64,000 nt of DNA from Salpingoeca rosetta (taxonomy: Eukaryota > Protista > Choanoflagellata). A program made the translations under genes and the position numbers. The stretch covers positions 989,194 to 1,053,193 of the forward strand of contig JAWQFM010000008.1 in assembly GCA_033442325.1 (NCBI GenBank), read 5' to 3'. Positions 63,854-64,000 of the stretch are shown here, piece by piece; positions within the stretch are counted from its first letter, which is position 1, and every line of letters begins with the position of its first letter. The notes under the pieces were generated by a model. It did no database searches and had not been told where the DNA came from. It saw nothing but the letters and a program-made list of their open reading frames with translations.

Positions 63854-64000
63854 GGTGTTGCTGTTGGTGGCTGTCGTTGCTGAGTCAGAAGGCGCGGTTG
63901 TGGTGGACGAGTGAGTGTGTGATCGCCGTCGTGGTTGAAGAAAATGGACGGACGTGAGACACGATCGATTGCACGATTGTTATTTTGTCGTGGCAGCGAT

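Overview
Gene-dense, intron-rich eukaryotic DNA with (CA)n/(TG)n tracts in nearly every intron. Style and gene content suggest a choanoflagellate such as Salpingoeca (inference). Most ORF-track entries are microsatellite artefacts. Reading exons across GT-AG introns gives about 14 protein genes: ALG8 (3' part), RING1/RNF2 with RAWUL domain, selenophosphate synthetase SPS2, poly(A) polymerase with an RD/RS tail, NRF-6-like acyltransferase, PA14-containing B4GALNT3/4-like transferase, a BRI3-like PY-motif protein, a VRK kinase, MIS12, villin, a RhoGAP-like/Rubicon-homology protein, a UBL-WLM protease, an uncharacterised 2OG-Fe(II) oxygenase and cysteine dioxygenase. Two signals are invisible to ORF calling. 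(1) An apparently non-coding minus-strand host gene at 36.4-37.5 kb has three consecutive introns, each carrying a 156-nt box C/D snoRNA resembling snR190/SNORD12, placed 60-61 nt after the donor. (2) SPS2 has a full selenocysteine-recoding set: in-frame UGA, downstream hairpin and type II SECIS. Family calls and rRNA targets come from recalled motifs, not database searches. CDS spans include introns.
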